DNA of 64,000 nucleotides from a virus: positions 3,783 through 67,782 of IMG/VR virus record IMGVR_UViG_3300026519_000011; one strand, written 5' to 3'. A program made the position numbers and the translations under genes. Below the pieces are notes generated by a model. The model was not told the origin of the DNA, searched no databases, and was given only the letters and a program-made list of their open reading frames with translations. This document shows, piece by piece, positions 48,734-57,788 of this stretch (the first letter of the stretch is position 1; the number at the start of each line of letters is the position of its first letter).

Positions 48734-49137
48734 GTTATTTTAAGGTAGGTCCGTCCGGGTGGTATACTTTCCACGGGCTTAGTGCTGATTTCCTCTGCTA
48801 TTTTAATTGCGTCGAGAAGTCCGGTAAGTCCGTGATCTTCCACGTAAGCAGGTAGGCATGCCACCAAACAGGCTGGCAAATGTGCCTCCTCCACGGGTAT
48901 ATGAGGGTGATACTCCCGTGTTACCTTATCCTCTAATAGCGACGTAACGAACCCAGACATGCTAATACCCATGGCGCAACACAGGGACGTGAAAACCTCG
49001 TAACTGCGTATCCCTTCGTGTAGTATCTGGTACACCCTTTGCCTAGACACCCCCATGTTACTGGCCACCGTCTTCATAGGTATCCTAGGCTCTTGGTTAA
49101 GGAGTGGCATAATTCTACCCTGTATTACTATACTCAA
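48730..49137 (-). CDS. HTH DNA-binding protein
   Basis: MKTVASNMGVSRQRVYQIL helix-turn-helix. Confidence 0.7.
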   Translation of the reverse strand: MSIVIQGRIMPLLNQEPRIPMKTVASNMGVSRQRVYQILHEGIRSYEVFTSLCCAMGISMSGFVTSLLEDKVTREYHPHIPVEEAHLPACLVACLPAYVEDHGLTGLLDAIKIAEEISTKPVESIPPGRTYLKIT

Positions 49138-49148
49138 AACCCTACCCC

Positions 49149-49433
49149 TTACGCCGTGCGTTCAAGATAATGAAGCAGTAGCGTTAGGTGTGGGTTAGGT
49201 CCTTCGCACACGTCTCGCATGGTTTTGTAATACTGACATGGCGATAAGGCCTTCTTTAGCCATGCTGACAATAGTATCTCGTCATTCTTCTTTATAGCCA
49301 GCGTTAGCGCGTATTTAGTAGCCAGAGAAATACTACCACTGCGGTCTAATTCGATAAGACACTTTTCTTGTAAACCTCTTGTGTCTTCCCCTTCGATAAT
49401 TTCTTCCATACTGTTTCCTTTTATTGACATCAT
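49149..49433 (-). CDS. Hypothetical protein
   Basis: ORF directly downstream of the E1 gene. Confidence 0.5.
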   Translation of the reverse strand: MMSIKGNSMEEIIEGEDTRGLQEKCLIELDRSGSISLATKYALTLAIKKNDEILLSAWLKKALSPCQYYKTMRDVCEGPNPHLTLLLHYLERTA

Positions 49434-50155
49434 AATATTTTCGCCTCACTCTGAAGTAATGGAGGGGTCACCCCTCCAGCTCCGTCTCTAAAGCTATACT
49501 TTCTAGCAAAATCCACTTCCTGTGGGCCATTAAGCGCGTGAACCATTTGCCATAAGGCTGTACATGCTAAACTGTCCGCTGTAGCGCCTACACTTAACGC
49601 GCTACCACAAGCACTCACTTCCTCGTAAACGTCCTCTGCGGGGAGACTAGCCTCCCACGCCTCTACTTCCACAGGGTTGTCTGGTCTTACCACATAAGTC
49701 TCATGGTGAGATACCGCCATGCGAGTCTCCACTACTAAAGCAACCATTCCTGAAAGCACCAGCTCATCCATGATCTCCTGTCTTGCCTTGATGGTATCGA
49801 CAAGAAGAAAAACTATGTCTCGCTGTTCGGTTAGCTCCAAGTCTTCTGAGGTGGTTACCCACCCCTCCACCGCTGTAACAAGTTGCTGTTCCATGTTCTC
49901 ATTCACGAACTCAGCGATCTGGGTAGCTTTCTTTCCTCCCACATGCCGAGGGAAAAACAACTGGTTGGCTAGGTTGTGCGCCTCCACGGAATCGTCGTCA
50001 TAGACGAATATATCGGACATACCGAGTTTGGCTAGATGGTATACCACATGGGAGCCTACTGCACCTGCTCCTATGACATGCACCCTGCGGTCATTCATTA
50101 TTGGATTAAACACCTCTTGGTGTCTTGCTATATCTATCGTGTTACGTTTTTTCAT
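49430..50155 (-). CDS. E1-like ThiF/MoeB adenylating enzyme
   Basis: VIGAGAVGS, YDDDSVEAHNLANQ, LVD..KAR; candidate catalytic Cys in EEVSACG. Confidence 0.92.
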   Translation of the reverse strand: MKKRNTIDIARHQEVFNPIMNDRRVHVIGAGAVGSHVVYHLAKLGMSDIFVYDDDSVEAHNLANQLFFPRHVGGKKATQIAEFVNENMEQQLVTAVEGWVTTSEDLELTEQRDIVFLLVDTIKARQEIMDELVLSGMVALVVETRMAVSHHETYVVRPDNPVEVEAWEASLPAEDVYEEVSACGSALSVGATADSLACTALWQMVHALNGPQEVDFARKYSFRDGAGGVTPPLLQSEAKIL

Positions 50156-51480
50156 GGTCTGTATTCCTCGGAGGATCTGTATTCCTCGGATGGTGTGGTT
50201 GCTGTTGATTCATTAGTGGTTGCGGGTTCTGGTTCTGGTTCTGGTTCTTGTTCTGGTTCGTCATGGTGATGAACGACTACTTTTCTCTGGTATTTCTCGA
50301 CATCGTATAAGCTATCCAACTTATACCCATCCCAGTTACTGGCGGTAAAGTTAGCGAAGTCATAAAAATCCGTTACACCTTCGTCTGCCGCTTCATCAAG
50401 CATATTAGTGTTAGATAAAAATAGGATAAGGTGGTCTACCAGAGACTCGTAATTCCCTGTCTCAAGACAATCCATCACCACGCCCTCATAAGAGCCGAGA
50501 CAAGGCTGAGTTGCAGCTTCCCAGGAGTTTGTGTCCAACTTCTCAGAAAAAGGCATAATGCCCCATACGACGTGCGGGTGCGGTATAAGGGCGGAATCTA
50601 GTAGTCCTGCCTCATACCGTGACAGATTATAAATCCGTATGGCATCCCGAACGTATCTCATGCGTGTCGCTCCTTTAGTTAGGTCTACGTGGACAAGGAA
50701 CTTGCCGCAATATATATCACGATCATGATCAGACTGCCCTTCTTGATATTCATCATCGTGAGGATCGAACGTAGCCCTGCCTTGGATATACTCAGTCTCA
50801 AAGATTAGCTTCCCATCTACCGTACAATAATTCATCACCTTTGGGTGCGTTATTACTGGAATAGAGTCTGCTGGGGGAGACTCTTCAAGCAGAAGTAACT
50901 CGGCTTGAAGAGTCTTATACGTATCAACCTGAGCGGCAAGACGCGTCTGCAAATTACTTAGCATTTCCTGCGCATCCACTATCTCTGCGCGAATTCTAGC
51001 AGTCCGATCTAGGTTCACGATACGCAAGGATTCTGGTATGTTCATGGGGTTAGCGAGAGTAGCGTTCTGCTTCTCTACCCCGTATTTTTGGTACGCGTCT
51101 ATCACCATGTTCTCAAAGTGGACATGTGCTTCTGGGTCTCGTTCAAAACTACGGAAATCTGACTCCTCCACCGCTAGGAACAGCCCACCGTCGTAGACGA
51201 AGACCGCCCCAGATACCTGATCCCCTAAGTAAAGTGGTGCGTAAGGGATACCCACCACACCCCAAGAAGACCCAGCCATTGCGTGGCTAAGACCTCTGTA
51301 CAGAAATATCCCTGCTGGTATCGCCCCCTTTGCTCCGTTAAATTTCGCATAAACCTGTGCATTACCTATAAATTCAGAGAATAATGCACGTCTCCGGCCT
51401 TTGCCGGTGTCGTAATGCTCATCTATGAATACCGGTAGGCTATACGTCTCTAGAGGCATTCGTCCTATGTATCTAAGCAT
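50152..51480 (-). CDS. Prokaryotic E2-like (UBC-fold) protein with N-terminal coiled coil
   Basis: PHPHV...QPCLGSY...LILFL pattern typical of prokaryotic E2; likely start ATG 51480 (SD GGAGG). Confidence 0.7.
   Translation of the reverse strand: MLRYIGRMPLETYSLPVFIDEHYDTGKGRRRALFSEFIGNAQVYAKFNGAKGAIPAGIFLYRGLSHAMAGSSWGVVGIPYAPLYLGDQVSGAVFVYDGGLFLAVEESDFRSFERDPEAHVHFENMVIDAYQKYGVEKQNATLANPMNIPESLRIVNLDRTARIRAEIVDAQEMLSNLQTRLAAQVDTYKTLQAELLLLEESPPADSIPVITHPKVMNYCTVDGKLIFETEYIQGRATFDPHDDEYQEGQSDHDRDIYCGKFLVHVDLTKGATRMRYVRDAIRIYNLSRYEAGLLDSALIPHPHVVWGIMPFSEKLDTNSWEAATQPCLGSYEGVVMDCLETGNYESLVDHLILFLSNTNMLDEAADEGVTDFYDFANFTASNWDGYKLDSLYDVEKYQRKVVVHHHDEPEQEPEPEPEPATTNESTATTPSEEYRSSEEYRP
50256..50274. 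repeat. 19-bp palindrome copy 11 (inside the E2-like gene tail)
   Basis: GTTCGTCATGGTGATGAAC, abutted by (GGTTCT)n. Confidence 0.9.
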
Positions 51481-52867
51481 TACGCGCCTCCTCGTCCTCA
51501 GACACTGCTCTGGCACTCTCACTACCTGCTGATGGTAATAGGTCAGAGCCTCTCTGCCAGCACGCTATCGCCTCGTTACTCATTCCGTATAGATTTGTGA
51601 ATTCTCTCTCTAATATCTGTGCCATTTTCTTGACATCCCCCGCTATGAAGGCTTGGTACAGTTGACCGTACAGCATGGATGGTGGCGGTGAGTCTACTAT
51701 AATTATATTGCTTATGCTGTCTACGCCAACATATACCTTAGACAGTATTTCCTTTAAAAACTCGCTGTTACTATCTTCTGTTGACCTTGTGGGTAACGTC
51801 GTGGAATACTTATAAGGATCCTCGAATAACGGGGACACCATAGTGCAAGGATGTATGTGGATTTTTACGTCATTACCTCTATTACTAATGTACATGGAGG
51901 ATAGGGGTGCAACTCTCTCCAGCCTTAGAGAGGTGGAGTAGGTCTTAGTACTATTATGGATATGCACCACCACCTCTGGAGCCTTTACCTCCTTGCCTCG
52001 CACCTTTATGGTTAGTTCTGGTATCCGTATGGCCCAAGTGTAATCATCATACACGGTGAATACACTGCCCTTTTTAGTTGTTATCGAACCTACTTCTAGT
52101 GTTGGTGATACACCATCAGCCCTCGCTCTGAGAGCTGCCATTTCATCCTCAGTCTCTTGCACTTCCTGCCCTAGCTTAGCAATATTTTCCCATTCCCTAC
52201 TCAGAGCGTGCTTCTTATCGTGTAAAACGTAGGTAAGCTCTGTTAACCTACCGTTAACCGTGTCGGAATTTTTAGCAGGAATTACTATTCTAGTACTTCC
52301 CTGAGGTAAATCTCCATCAGAAATCTCGCCAAATATTCGTTCGACGAGTGGCTCCAGAACCTTGATCGAGCCTGATGATGAGAAAATATCCCGCGAGGAT
52401 ATTAGCACCTTCTCGCCTCCTTCTAGCTGTACCGCGATGGCTACTATCTTATTCTCATACTGGAAAAGTATATTATTCACTTTGTCCAGTCCTTCTGCGA
52501 CGTACACGACACTATTTAACGAGGTATACTCAGTCTGGAATATGTGCAGGGATTTAGGGTCTTTCAGGCTGAACACCGCTTCGGTCTCTACTAGACCTTC
52601 AGCCTCCACCGTGTTATTTAAGTAATTCCCTAAGCCAATTCTCTTGGAGTATACAAAAGGTATTGGCGGGTGGTTCAAACACCAAGGTAATATATCGGCA
52701 TCGGATACTATCGTTCGTCGGTTTCCTTGCTCGTTTACATCATTAGGGCCTGCCATCCAGCCCCAAATATGCGGGTAATTAGGTATCCTTTCTGGTGTGA
52801 CCACCAAAGCACCTTTGACTACTGCTTCGTAAAGGTTTCCCTCAAAAGGTATTATGTTGTCGTTCAT
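51473..52867 (-). CDS. Divergent E2-like paralog (possibly inactive)
   Basis: Same layout as its neighbour (N-domain, coiled coil, beta strands, HIHP, terminal helices) but no CLG motif. Confidence 0.45.
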   Translation of the reverse strand: MNDNIIPFEGNLYEAVVKGALVVTPERIPNYPHIWGWMAGPNDVNEQGNRRTIVSDADILPWCLNHPPIPFVYSKRIGLGNYLNNTVEAEGLVETEAVFSLKDPKSLHIFQTEYTSLNSVVYVAEGLDKVNNILFQYENKIVAIAVQLEGGEKVLISSRDIFSSSGSIKVLEPLVERIFGEISDGDLPQGSTRIVIPAKNSDTVNGRLTELTYVLHDKKHALSREWENIAKLGQEVQETEDEMAALRARADGVSPTLEVGSITTKKGSVFTVYDDYTWAIRIPELTIKVRGKEVKAPEVVVHIHNSTKTYSTSLRLERVAPLSSMYISNRGNDVKIHIHPCTMVSPLFEDPYKYSTTLPTRSTEDSNSEFLKEILSKVYVGVDSISNIIIVDSPPPSMLYGQLYQAFIAGDVKKMAQILEREFTNLYGMSNEAIACWQRGSDLLPSAGSESARAVSEDEEARNA

Positions 52868-52907
52868 AATTAGTTCTCTCTCTCTCGTTGTGTTTCTAAA
52901 AAATATC

Positions 52908-52926
52908 GTTCATCATCGTGATGAAC
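52908..52926. repeat. 19-bp palindrome copy 12
   Basis: GTTCATCATCGTGATGAAC. Confidence 0.9.
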
Positions 52927-52957
52927 GGACGTCCGTTAAATTGAGGTTTGTACGCTC

Positions 52958-54316
52958 CTAAGTAGCTTTACATTCGTTAAACCTAAGCACCTCAAACCCA
53001 GTAAATAGCCACCCAGCCCCGTCTTCTGATGATGCCTCTAGTAGCGTTTTAGTGGGTGTTAAGTCACCCATAACACCCTTCTCGTTTAATCTCTTATAGG
53101 CCTCCTCGTGCTCAACCAGCACGCCTGTACCTATTACCTCTCCGAATAGGAGAATAGGTATCTCATGTCTGAGATTTCTTAATCCTTTCTCAGCCAAAAC
53201 ATCCACCGAACCACCTTCTGCTATAGTCTTACCGCAGTCCCTCCCTAAGCTAAACCCATAATCCCATACAGACCTTATACGGGCGATATTTTTCTCGTAC
53301 CCAGCGAACTCTATGTGAGTCTCCACCACGGATAATAACCCGTCTCCTACTACCGTGAGCTGGCTGTCCTCCAGCACTTCGTCCAGCCATGTCTTACATC
53401 TTGATTCAGGGTCCACATCATGTATGCCTACCACAATGCCTTGTGCAATACCTAACAAGGCTACCTCGCTTAGCTCTTGATAAGCATCCAAAAATAGGGA
53501 ATCACCTCTCGCCAGCCCCTTCCCAAGAGAGATCAGATCACTGTCAAATGCCGCTAGATGTTCACCCCATAGTTCGAGTTCGCTAAGTGAGTGGGTTATC
53601 CCCAACTCCAGATAGCTAATAGCTTCTGCATATTCTTCATCCATATCCTCATCATAAATTTCATCTACGAAAGGGTCTGGAGAGGTGTCCACTTGACCTA
53701 TATACCCTGACAAACCCCTTCCTCTCCCTTGCCAACCCCCTACTCTGGAACCTTGCCACCCGTATTGGGTTGAATTTGTAGCCACTTTGACATGCTTCAA
53801 CTGCTTTTTGAGCGCCTTTATTCTGTCTGTATTGGTATAGACAATCGCCACCGAGAGGTTCTCCCATACAAGGTTAAGCCCTAGGTCGATAGCATCGAAG
53901 CGTATTTCCTGCTTCTTATTTATAATTATCCTTACCATCTTTTCTCCGTCGGAATAGTTAGACAGAAATTTCTGAATAGTTACCTCATCGTCCGCTGATG
54001 GCTTTACCGGCATGTCCACATGGGAGTGGCAGTGAACCAGTAGGTCTGATAATTCCTCATCTTCGTCCATCATGTCTTCCCGCATCTTTGCCTCTTGCTC
54101 AGGCTCGATGTCGGCATCCACGGAGGTTACCGTCTGCTCTGGTATTCGTATTGGTCCATGCACTAGCCACACGTTGTCCTCGCTTACGGATAGGTGGGCA
54201 TAGAATGCTACCTCGGTAGCTACGGCATTTATTGCGTATAGCATTTCATTGTAGGTGTCATAGGCTATTTGACCTATAGGTGGGGTTTTCTCGTGTAGCA
54301 CTCTCAGCTTACTCAT
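52958..54316 (-). CDS. JAB/JAMM metalloprotease with acidic C-terminal extension
   Basis: Upstream Glu (TEVAF) plus HSH-x7-S-x2-D (HSHVDMPVKPSADD); likely start ATG 54316 (SD GAGGA). Confidence 0.88.
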   Translation of the reverse strand: MSKLRVLHEKTPPIGQIAYDTYNEMLYAINAVATEVAFYAHLSVSEDNVWLVHGPIRIPEQTVTSVDADIEPEQEAKMREDMMDEDEELSDLLVHCHSHVDMPVKPSADDEVTIQKFLSNYSDGEKMVRIIINKKQEIRFDAIDLGLNLVWENLSVAIVYTNTDRIKALKKQLKHVKVATNSTQYGWQGSRVGGWQGRGRGLSGYIGQVDTSPDPFVDEIYDEDMDEEYAEAISYLELGITHSLSELELWGEHLAAFDSDLISLGKGLARGDSLFLDAYQELSEVALLGIAQGIVVGIHDVDPESRCKTWLDEVLEDSQLTVVGDGLLSVVETHIEFAGYEKNIARIRSVWDYGFSLGRDCGKTIAEGGSVDVLAEKGLRNLRHEIPILLFGEVIGTGVLVEHEEAYKRLNEKGVMGDLTPTKTLLEASSEDGAGWLFTGFEVLRFNECKAT

Positions 54317-54456
54317 ATCATTTCCTCGGATGTATAACGTAAAATTACCAGCCACCATTGGCCTGTAATTGTTGAATTTAAAATAGAGGTCGGAACACGA
54401 CTATCGACCTCTAGCCTACTTAGTAGGGCTTGGTGCTACTGACTACAACATTAAAC

Positions 54457-55179
54457 TTAGTCTTGTGCTTTGTCATCGACATGCTCTGATTCAACATTTT
54501 TAGTTCCAGTAAGGTCTATGGCACAGGCTTCAACCTCTTCAGGTAGTTCCTTACTCACGGCGTTTATCGCTTCTACACGACGTGCTAACTCTATCGTCTG
54601 CTCAGCACATGAGGTAGCTACCTCAAGGCGTATGTTCCAGTCCTTGACCGTGTTATCCATTTCTGTAGCATTAAGTACGCTAATGACTAGCGGGTAATCC
54701 GTGTCATCAGCTTGCGCCTCCTGTACGCTCATTGCACGCTTCTTGGTAACTACTCCTATCATGCCTGGGTTACCTGTTATAACTAGAGAACCTACCTCCA
54801 CTTTGTTCTTAGCTACGACAGGTGAGAGTATGCAAGGCGTGCTCAAACCTTCTGGATTACTACGACGTTTAATCGCCTTCTTGTTACCGAACTCCAAAGG
54901 GTCTGATAAAGCTACCTCACACACCGTCAATCCCTCAGTCATTAGTAACGCTAACTGGGTAGCTCTGTTAGATGACTTAGAGCCTCCTGCAAAAGAGATT
55001 CTAGTGTAGGTATGTGCCAGCGCTGACCCAGATAACTCCACCCCTCCAGATGATGGCTTTAAACCTGAATCAAGCCCTAGTTTTTCTTTAAGACCATCAA
55101 TAGTCAGGGTGTCGTCGATGGTGACTGGTCCCGTAGTAGACATTGATGGGGTTATTACTCGTATAGTTGTAGTACTCAT
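54457..55179 (-). CDS. Ubiquitin-like (beta-grasp) domain fused to a C-terminal phage protein
   Basis: First ~70 aa follow the beta-beta-alpha-beta-beta pattern and end in RISFAGG(66)SKSSN; first gene of the JAB-E2-E1 cluster. Confidence 0.6.
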   Translation of the reverse strand: MSTTTIRVITPSMSTTGPVTIDDTLTIDGLKEKLGLDSGLKPSSGGVELSGSALAHTYTRISFAGGSKSSNRATQLALLMTEGLTVCEVALSDPLEFGNKKAIKRRSNPEGLSTPCILSPVVAKNKVEVGSLVITGNPGMIGVVTKKRAMSVQEAQADDTDYPLVISVLNATEMDNTVKDWNIRLEVATSCAEQTIELARRVEAINAVSKELPEEVEACAIDLTGTKNVESEHVDDKAQD

Positions 55180-55217
55180 TTATTTTTCCTTACGTTAAGT
55201 TTTAGTTAAATGGCTTC

Positions 55218-55236
55218 GTTCATCGCCATGATGAAC
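55218..55236. repeat. 19-bp palindrome copy 13
   Basis: GTTCATCGCCATGATGAAC, upstream of the Ubl gene. Confidence 0.88.
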
Positions 55237-55279
55237 GGAGGTTAAGAGGCTGAAGCCGTGCCTCTGTCGTTACTTCTTA

Positions 55280-55741
55280 CTAAAAAATATGTTTACCTAA
55301 TGTAATACTTCCCATAAGTCCGCTATCGACTTCGCGACCTTCACCGTCACCGTCCCCATTAAAACTACTCTGTCGCTCCTCTAGGCAAGACTTACACAAG
55401 GCTGTCGGTAGTGGGTCATCTTCGTTATAACTAATGCCATACTCGTTGTAGTCATATTCACTATCTAGTACGACCTCGCCTAGGTCACTCAACGTAGCCG
55501 CCAACTGCTCTTGTTCTCCTTCAGACCAAGAATGCTCCTCTATCTGAGTAAGTACCGAGTAGTCGTCCCCATTATCAAGGTCATATGTACATCCTTGTAT
55601 TCTTGATACTAGGCCACCACAGTCCTCACAGGTCACCTCTATCGTATAGGTAACGGTTGAGTCAATGTCTTGAATACTGGTACTAAACATCTTTTGGTAC
55701 CACCTTGAAGGTTCTTGATAGGTTGTCGTAATCCACCTCAC
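55280..55741 (-). CDS. Acidic Zn-binding hypothetical protein
   Basis: CEDC...CKSC pair. Confidence 0.55.
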   Translation of the reverse strand: MRWITTTYQEPSRWYQKMFSTSIQDIDSTVTYTIEVTCEDCGGLVSRIQGCTYDLDNGDDYSVLTQIEEHSWSEGEQEQLAATLSDLGEVVLDSEYDYNEYGISYNEDDPLPTALCKSCLEERQSSFNGDGDGEGREVDSGLMGSITLGKHIF

Positions 55742-55907
55742 AACCTGTAAGATGCTTGAGGTTTCCTATTATCAGTTCGTCTCTCATATCTACATCAACC
55801 CCGCCCACTAAGGCTTGGATGATTATGGATCTAGCCTCCCATACAGGAAGCTCCTCTTCGTCTATATCGAACTTTGCTGATAGCGTTCGTTTCTTTGGTA
55901 TTGTCAT
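55683..55907 (-). CDS. Hypothetical protein
   Basis: First ORF after promoter P2. Confidence 0.55.
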   Translation of the reverse strand: MTIPKKRTLSAKFDIDEEELPVWEARSIIIQALVGGVDVDMRDELIIGNLKHLTGCEVDYDNLSRTFKVVPKDV

Positions 55908-55941
55908 GTTAATCTCTTGTTACGTTAAGTTAATGTTCAGC

Positions 55942-55960
55942 GTTCATCACCATGATGAAC
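55942..55960. repeat. 19-bp palindrome copy 14
   Basis: GTTCATCACCATGATGAAC, downstream of P2. Confidence 0.9.
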
Positions 55961-56005
55961 GGAGGTTAAAACAGATGAAATCTCTCTCATTTGTATATAG
56001 CACCC

Positions 56006-56041
56006 ATTATAGCACACTTTAAGGCGTTTGTCAACCCCTAG
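56006..56041 (-). promoter_or_regulatory. Consensus sigma70 promoter P2, upstream of the ubiquitin-like cluster
   Basis: CTAGGGG-TTGACA-N17-TATAAT with extended -10 TG. Confidence 0.9.
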
Positions 56042-56119
56042 CATTGTCATTTTCAGCTAGGGTCACTAAATGCGCTACTCTTCTCAGATACTCAAAACAC
56101 TCAGTGTGTGCGTATGTCC

Positions 56120-56605
56120 CTAACCCTCTGAGTAGGTCGCCACCGTAATGTTACTCATATCCAACTTATTTCCTGTTATGGTTTCGTAAGCCGTCCCTAT
56201 ATCGGCGTGATCGGATATTATCTTCGTTGATTTTGGTCCTTTCATACCGTCAGCTATACCCGCTATCACCAGCTCTGCCTTCCCGCTATTCTCTAGGAAT
56301 AATAGCGTCATCACACCCTGCTTATTTCCCACTATGTGTCGCCCTATTAGGGCGTTCTTCTCTGAATGGTATAGGGCGTCCAATACTGGATTCCCTCCTT
56401 CATTCAGGATGTGCGCAAGGCAGGCTGCGTGGATAGATACCCCTAACGCTTGATACACTAGTTGTCCTAATTCCACCACTTCCTCGTTGGTCTTTGCTAT
56501 CGGCATCTTAACCTTAATCTCCTTTAACCGTGCGTTAGCCTCTTTATATAGTCCAACTACTGTGTCTACGCCTATCCCTGTACTAGGGTACTCTGATTCA
56601 CTCAT
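56120..56605 (-). CDS. Hypothetical protein
   Basis: ORF with AG-rich leader. Confidence 0.6.
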   Translation of the reverse strand: MSESEYPSTGIGVDTVVGLYKEANARLKEIKVKMPIAKTNEEVVELGQLVYQALGVSIHAACLAHILNEGGNPVLDALYHSEKNALIGRHIVGNKQGVMTLLFLENSGKAELVIAGIADGMKGPKSTKIISDHADIGTAYETITGNKLDMSNITVATYSEG

Positions 56606-56631
56606 ATTTCTTTCTCTCTCTCTTTGTTTTG

Positions 56632-56650
56632 GTTCGTCATGGTGACGAAC
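56632..56650. repeat. 19-bp palindrome copy 15
   Basis: GTTCGTCATGGTGACGAAC. Confidence 0.9.
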
Positions 56651-56658
56651 CGATAATA

Positions 56659-57183
56659 TTACGTATTATTGGGGTCTAATGGCGTACCGTTTTTAGTAAA
56701 CAGCCTACCATCATTAACATCTACACCAGCCTTCAAGGATAGGGCGGTGTTGTCTCCTTCTGCTAAGTCTTTTAGTACACTTGATAGTGCTACTTTCTTC
56801 GCGGTTCTACCAAGACTTGAGAACACATACGCTCTAGGTTTATTTGGGTTGTCCGCTGAAGACAGCTTATGTCGACGGTACTCTTCTGAAGCTCTCACAA
56901 ACTCCTCCAAACCCTCTATCAACTCCATAAGCACATCCCCAGCATAGGTTGGTTCGCACCCTGTTTTCGTCCGAGTCATAAGCCGTACACCCATGATCTT
57001 TTCCACCTTAACTATCTTTAGGCTTACCGCGGGCTGAGAAACCCCAAGCGCAAGGGCTGCCCCAGTGAAACTCTCCGCCTCGTAGACCGCTTTGAATACT
57101 CTCAGCTCGTTACTCATGAAGAGTTCATCCATAATAGACCCCCGTATCACTGGGGGTTTCTTGGTGTCGTGCTTACTTTTCAT
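56659..57183 (-). CDS. LysR-type winged HTH protein lacking the effector domain
   Basis: ELRVFKAVYEAESFTGAALALGVSQPAVSLKIVKVEKIMGVRLMTR is the LysR HTH signature; only 174 aa. Confidence 0.85.
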   Translation of the reverse strand: MKSKHDTKKPPVIRGSIMDELFMSNELRVFKAVYEAESFTGAALALGVSQPAVSLKIVKVEKIMGVRLMTRTKTGCEPTYAGDVLMELIEGLEEFVRASEEYRRHKLSSADNPNKPRAYVFSSLGRTAKKVALSSVLKDLAEGDNTALSLKAGVDVNDGRLFTKNGTPLDPNNT

Positions 57184-57343
57184 TTTCTTTCTCCTTCGTT
57201 GATAACTTTACGGTCATATTACAAACAACCGCTTGTTCGACTTCACCTGTTGATACGTCCTGCATCCTATAGTGTACGCCCAACGCGGTGTCCTTAACCT
57301 CGCCGATATCTGCGTAATGCAAGACGTATCTACGATCAGCCAT
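57173..57343 (-). CDS. 56-aa hypothetical protein (not in the ORF track)
   Basis: MADRRYVLHYADIGEVKDTALG...KEKENEK* fills the gap and overlaps both neighbours. Confidence 0.55.
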   Translation of the reverse strand: MADRRYVLHYADIGEVKDTALGVHYRMQDVSTGEVEQAVVCNMTVKLSTKEKENEK

Positions 57344-57788
57344 TATCGGGTCTCTCCAATGTCATTAAATCCGACAGAGATTTGATAGATGCCCCACTCG
57401 CTGTTTTTACTTCTTCACTAAGCCCTTCTATAAGGCTGTTTGCATACTGACGATGCTCAGCTGGCACATACTTAAGCAAGGCCAGGACCAGTCCTCTGCA
57501 GATTTTGAACGGCTCCTGCTCCTTCTCACAATGATCTACTAATTGCTCCACCCCTGAGTTGATGCTCCCACTTATTGGGGCAAGTTCTGCAGGGCAAGGG
57601 TGAAGGTACTTAATATCCACCATAGCTTTCAAGGTCACCGTTAGGTGACTTTTTGAGCCTTTAACATACGCACAATTATTGCAAAATTTTTCACGCACTT
57701 GGATTAGTTCCTGTATGGTCTTATTACTATTTTTCATTGTGAAATCTCTCCCAGCACTGCGCTTTATTGGGTTGGTTAGAGCAATCAT
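57336..57788 (-). CDS. Cys-containing hypothetical protein
   Basis: CNNC...HPC...ICRG; true start probably near 57737. Confidence 0.55.
   Translation of the reverse strand: MIALTNPIKRSAGRDFTMKNSNKTIQELIQVREKFCNNCAYVKGSKSHLTVTLKAMVDIKYLHPCPAELAPISGSINSGVEQLVDHCEKEQEPFKICRGLVLALLKYVPAEHRQYANSLIEGLSEEVKTASGASIKSLSDLMTLERPDNG

Noticed and set aside
49430-50155. ThiF as a thiamine/molybdopterin auxiliary metabolic gene
   Set aside because: No ThiG/MoaE/rhodanese partners; its neighbours are E2-like and JAB genes.
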